NCBI GenBank assembly: GCA_950097015.1
Contig: CATNEN010000024.1
Coordinates: 992,001 to 1,056,000, forward strand
From: Macrostomum hystrix
Taxonomy: Eukaryota; Animalia; Platyhelminthes
Direction: 5' to 3'
DNA: 64,000 nucleotides
The position numbers were made by a program, and so were the translations under genes. The notes under the pieces are model-generated. The model ran no database searches. It saw only the letters and a list, made by a program, of their open reading frames with translations, and had not been told where the DNA came from. This document shows, piece after piece, positions 62,890-64,000 of this stretch; position 1 is the first letter of the stretch, and each line of letters begins with the position of its first letter.

Positions 62890-64000
62890 CTACGGTGGCT
62901 GCCGGCATCGACGGCTGGGCTGCTGACGGCAAGCTGGTTGCTTTTGCGGCGGAACGCGTGGGGCCTCTGTGGTGCTGGCTGGCTCGTTGGCGGTCAGAGG
63001 AGGGGTGCATTCCGCGGGGTTCCGTGGAGGACGGCCGCGAGGCCGCAGCGCAGGCAAGGGCACTGGACACGTTGGATCAAGCGTCGCTGGCTTCAGCCGG
63101 TCCACGGAGACGTGGTCACGCCGGGTGCCAAGATCTAGCAGGAAAACCTTGGCGCCCCGCTCCAGCACCTTGAATGGGCCATCGTACGGCCTCTGGAGCG
63201 CCGAACGGTGACCATCGCGCCTGACGAAAACGTGCGTGCAGGTATCGAGGGCGGGCGGCCAGGAGTGCGGGCGGTGGCCGTGCTGAGAGGTCGGCGGTGG
63301 GCGGAACGCCCGAACAGCGCTACGCAGGCTGGCAAGGAACTCGCCTTGGCTGCATGAGGGCTGACAGGCCTGTAAGCATTCGCCGGGCACCGTCAGCGGC
63401 GCACCGTAAACCAGCTCGGCTGACGAAACTGCGAAGTCCTCCTTAGGAGCCGTTCGAATGCCTAGAAGCACCCACGGGAGCTCAGCGGTCCAGGCTGGCC
63501 CGGTTAGCCGCGCCATCAAGGAAGCCTTGAGCTGTCTGTGGAATCGCTCGACGAGCCCGTTGGCCTGCGGGTGAAACGCTGTCGTGTGATGGAGCTGCAT
63601 GCCCAGCAGGCGAGACACGTTGGTCCAGAGCTCCGAGGTGAATTGGGCTCCGCGGTCTGATGTGATTTCGCGGGGAACGCCGAAACGGGCGATCCAGTGG
63701 GCGATGAACGAGGAAGCGCAGGTGGCTGCCGAGGTGTCAGATAAAGGGATGGCCTCGGGCCATCGGGTGAAGCGGTCGACCACAGTCAGCAGGTGCGTGA
63801 ACCCCTGCGAGGGTGGCAGAGGGCCCACGAGGTCGATATGCACATGTTCGAAACGCGCTCCTGGCACCGGGATGCTGTCGGGTGTGGTGGCCACGTGTCG
63901 CTGCACCTTGGCTGTCTGGCAAGCGATGCAGGCGCGCGCCCACTGGCCGACGTCGCGGTTCAGGCCGGGCCAGACGAAGCGATCGGCTACCAAGCGGCGG
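62890..64000 (-). mobile_element. Ty3/Gypsy pol C-terminus (integrase), truncated by the window edge
   Basis: CxxC of the H2C2 finger (CIACQ), DDE triad (HIDLVG, TSDRG, LVERFH), GPY/F motif (YDGPFKV); the ORF is open to the window end. Confidence 0.95.

Overview
Eukaryotic (invertebrate animal) genomic DNA. It has GC-rich spliced exons and AT-rich spacers, and about 20 kb (roughly one third of the window, estimated by hand) is made up of more than 20 minisatellite arrays. This architecture is reminiscent of a free-living flatworm such as Macrostomum; that is an inference and was not verified. Intact-looking genes: an atypical glutaredoxin, a 20-LRR type I membrane receptor, a Grindelwald-like single-CRD TNF receptor, PGM2, CCDC77, an intronless GT32 glycosyltransferase, an anion-type Cys-loop channel subunit, and the first exon of an unknown gene. 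Also present: a decayed TTLL-like pseudogene, a Crypton-type (DUF3504) tyrosine-recombinase element with hairpin ends and two in-frame stops, a CACTA/CMC-like foldback element carrying a coding fragment inside CCDC77 intron 1, a 145-bp-TIR MITE, a 42-bp hAT-like micro-element, two tRNA-derived SINE families, a Merlin remnant, and the 3' end of a Gypsy retrotransposon. All homology calls come from remembered motifs; no searches were run.
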